From UHGV virus genome UHGV-0228105: a DNA stretch of 6,965 nucleotides. One strand, 5' to 3'. Both the position numbers and the translations under genes were made by a program. The notes under the pieces were generated by a model. It was given only the letters and a program-made list of their open reading frames with translations. It had not been told where the DNA came from and ran no database searches. The stretch's first letter is position 1; the number at the start of each line of letters is the position of its first letter. Positions 6,362 through 6,965 of the stretch are shown one piece after another. This DNA is from a virus.

Positions 6362-6422
6362 GGGTTTTATTTGCGCTTTTTCTGTGTATACTGTCCCCCA
6401 CCAATCAACAGGAGAAACAGCA

Positions 6423-6602
6423 ATGGCAACGGGTACAACAAACGCAAAATCACAAGCTTTAAAGGCTCGTGTACCGCATGAAATAGTTGACGCAATGGAA
6501 TCAGTGAAAGACTCAGGCGAAAGCACATCACAATTTATCATTACGTCAATGCAAGGCGAGATCAAACGCCGCCAGCGCCGCAAGGCCAAAGAAGCGGAAT
6601 AA
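6423..6602 (+). CDS. Small ribbon-helix-helix (CopG/Arc-like) DNA-binding protein, 59 aa; candidate repressor
   Basis: ATG at 6423 preceded by AGGAGA (6410-6415, 7-nt spacer). Sequence MATGTTNAKSQALKARVPHEIVDAMESVKDSGESTSQFIITSMQGEIKRRQRRKAKEAE fits strand (LKARVP), helix (HEIVDAMESVKDSG), helix (STSQFIITSMQGEI). It is the only plus-strand gene, divergent from the operon and convergent with alpA. The overlapping 153-aa minus ORF (6269..6730) is judged spurious. Confidence 0.55.
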   Translation: MATGTTNAKSQALKARVPHEIVDAMESVKDSGESTSQFIITSMQGEIKRRQRRKAKEAE

Positions 6603-6690
6603 TCCACCAGCAAACCACCACACTGATCACATTGCCCACCAGCCAGCAAATCGCTATGATGTTCGGGCTTATGTTTAGTGTTTTCCCATT

Positions 6691-6721
6691 GGCGACCTCT
6701 GATCCGGGTCGCCTTTGTTTT
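6691..6721 (+). terminator. Rho-independent terminator downstream of the RHH gene
   Basis: GGCGACC (6691-6697) / GGTCGCC (6707-6713) form a 7-bp perfect stem with a 9-nt loop, followed by TTTGTTTT (6714-6721). No U-tract on the minus-strand side, so it is unidirectional. Confidence 0.5.
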
Positions 6722-6740
6722 ATGTGTCATATGCTCCCCT

Positions 6741-6965
6741 TTACGCTGCCTTACCTGAATTAATGCGATCCCGGCTTTTAACCCATTCCATAACCTCGGA
6801 CAGCAGCCAACCTACAGAACGACCGCCCAGATTAAGGCGTGACGGAAATCGCCCTTTTTTCTCCAGTTCGTAGCGTGTAGTACGGCACACTCCAGTTAAC
6901 TTACGACATTCATCCTCACGGATTACGCGATCTGATAGTGATTGAAATTGTGTATTTTGATTCAT
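6741..6965 (-). CDS. alpA: AlpA-family (MerR-type HTH, excisionase-like) transcriptional regulator
   Basis: Translation contains the AlpA-type core CRKLTGVCRTTRYELEKKGRFPSRLNLGGRSVGWLLSEVMEWVKSR (compare the recalled pattern L-x-R-S-T-I-Y-x-L-x-x-G-x-FP-x-P-x-x-LGGR-x-V-GW-x-x-SE-V-x-x-W). The ATG falls exactly at the window edge (6965-6963), so the true N-terminus could lie outside the window. Confidence 0.85.
   Translation of the reverse strand: MNQNTQFQSLSDRVIREDECRKLTGVCRTTRYELEKKGRFPSRLNLGGRSVGWLLSEVMEWVKSRDRINSGKAA

Noticed and set aside
6382-6395. LexA-box-like sequence CTGTGTATACTGTC upstream of the RHH gene
   Set aside because: It lacks the inverted CTGT-N8-ACAG symmetry; the second half is TGTC rather than ACAG.
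6269-6730. 153-aa minus-strand ORF spanning the control region and the RHH gene
   Set aside because: It runs through the palindrome, the direct repeats and the terminator hairpin, and is Trp/Cys/Arg-rich. The opposite-strand 59-aa RHH ORF has a strong Shine-Dalgarno and a coherent fold pattern.
6656-6763. 35-codon hydrophobic plus-strand ORF (MMFGLMFSVFPLATSDPGRLCF...) downstream of the RHH gene, considered as a possible small toxin
   Set aside because: No Shine-Dalgarno; it spans the terminator hairpin and overlaps the 3' end of alpA. Most likely a chance ORF.

Overview
The window reads as the core of a phage-satellite / PICI-like integrative element from an enterobacterial-type genome; the integrase is not in the window. 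All genes but one lie on the minus strand. Reading along the minus strand (right to left): an AlpA-family regulator (6741-6965); a small ribbon-helix-helix (RHH)-like gene on the opposite strand (6423-6602) with its own terminator; a control region with a perfect palindrome and two 13-bp direct repeats over a predicted promoter (6309-6361); five small, translationally coupled ORFs of unknown function (5054-6229); a 582-aa D5/P4-alpha-type primase-helicase (3309-5057); an iteron array with an AT-rich core, a candidate origin (3061-3300); two small genes, one possibly PerC/Pch-like (2475-3021); a 420-bp non-coding region with two terminator hairpins (2050-2470); and a small RHH-like gene coupled to a ClpP-like protease fused to a major capsid protein that runs off the left edge (1-2016). 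No tRNA, rRNA, CRISPR array or transposase was seen. All calls rest on reading the sequence and ORF translations by eye; no database search was run, so family names are recollection-based and the small ORFs are unassigned. The most interesting points are the satellite carrying its own capsid gene, the divergent RHH/control region, the five-gene unknown cassette, and a possible small RNA in the non-coding gap.
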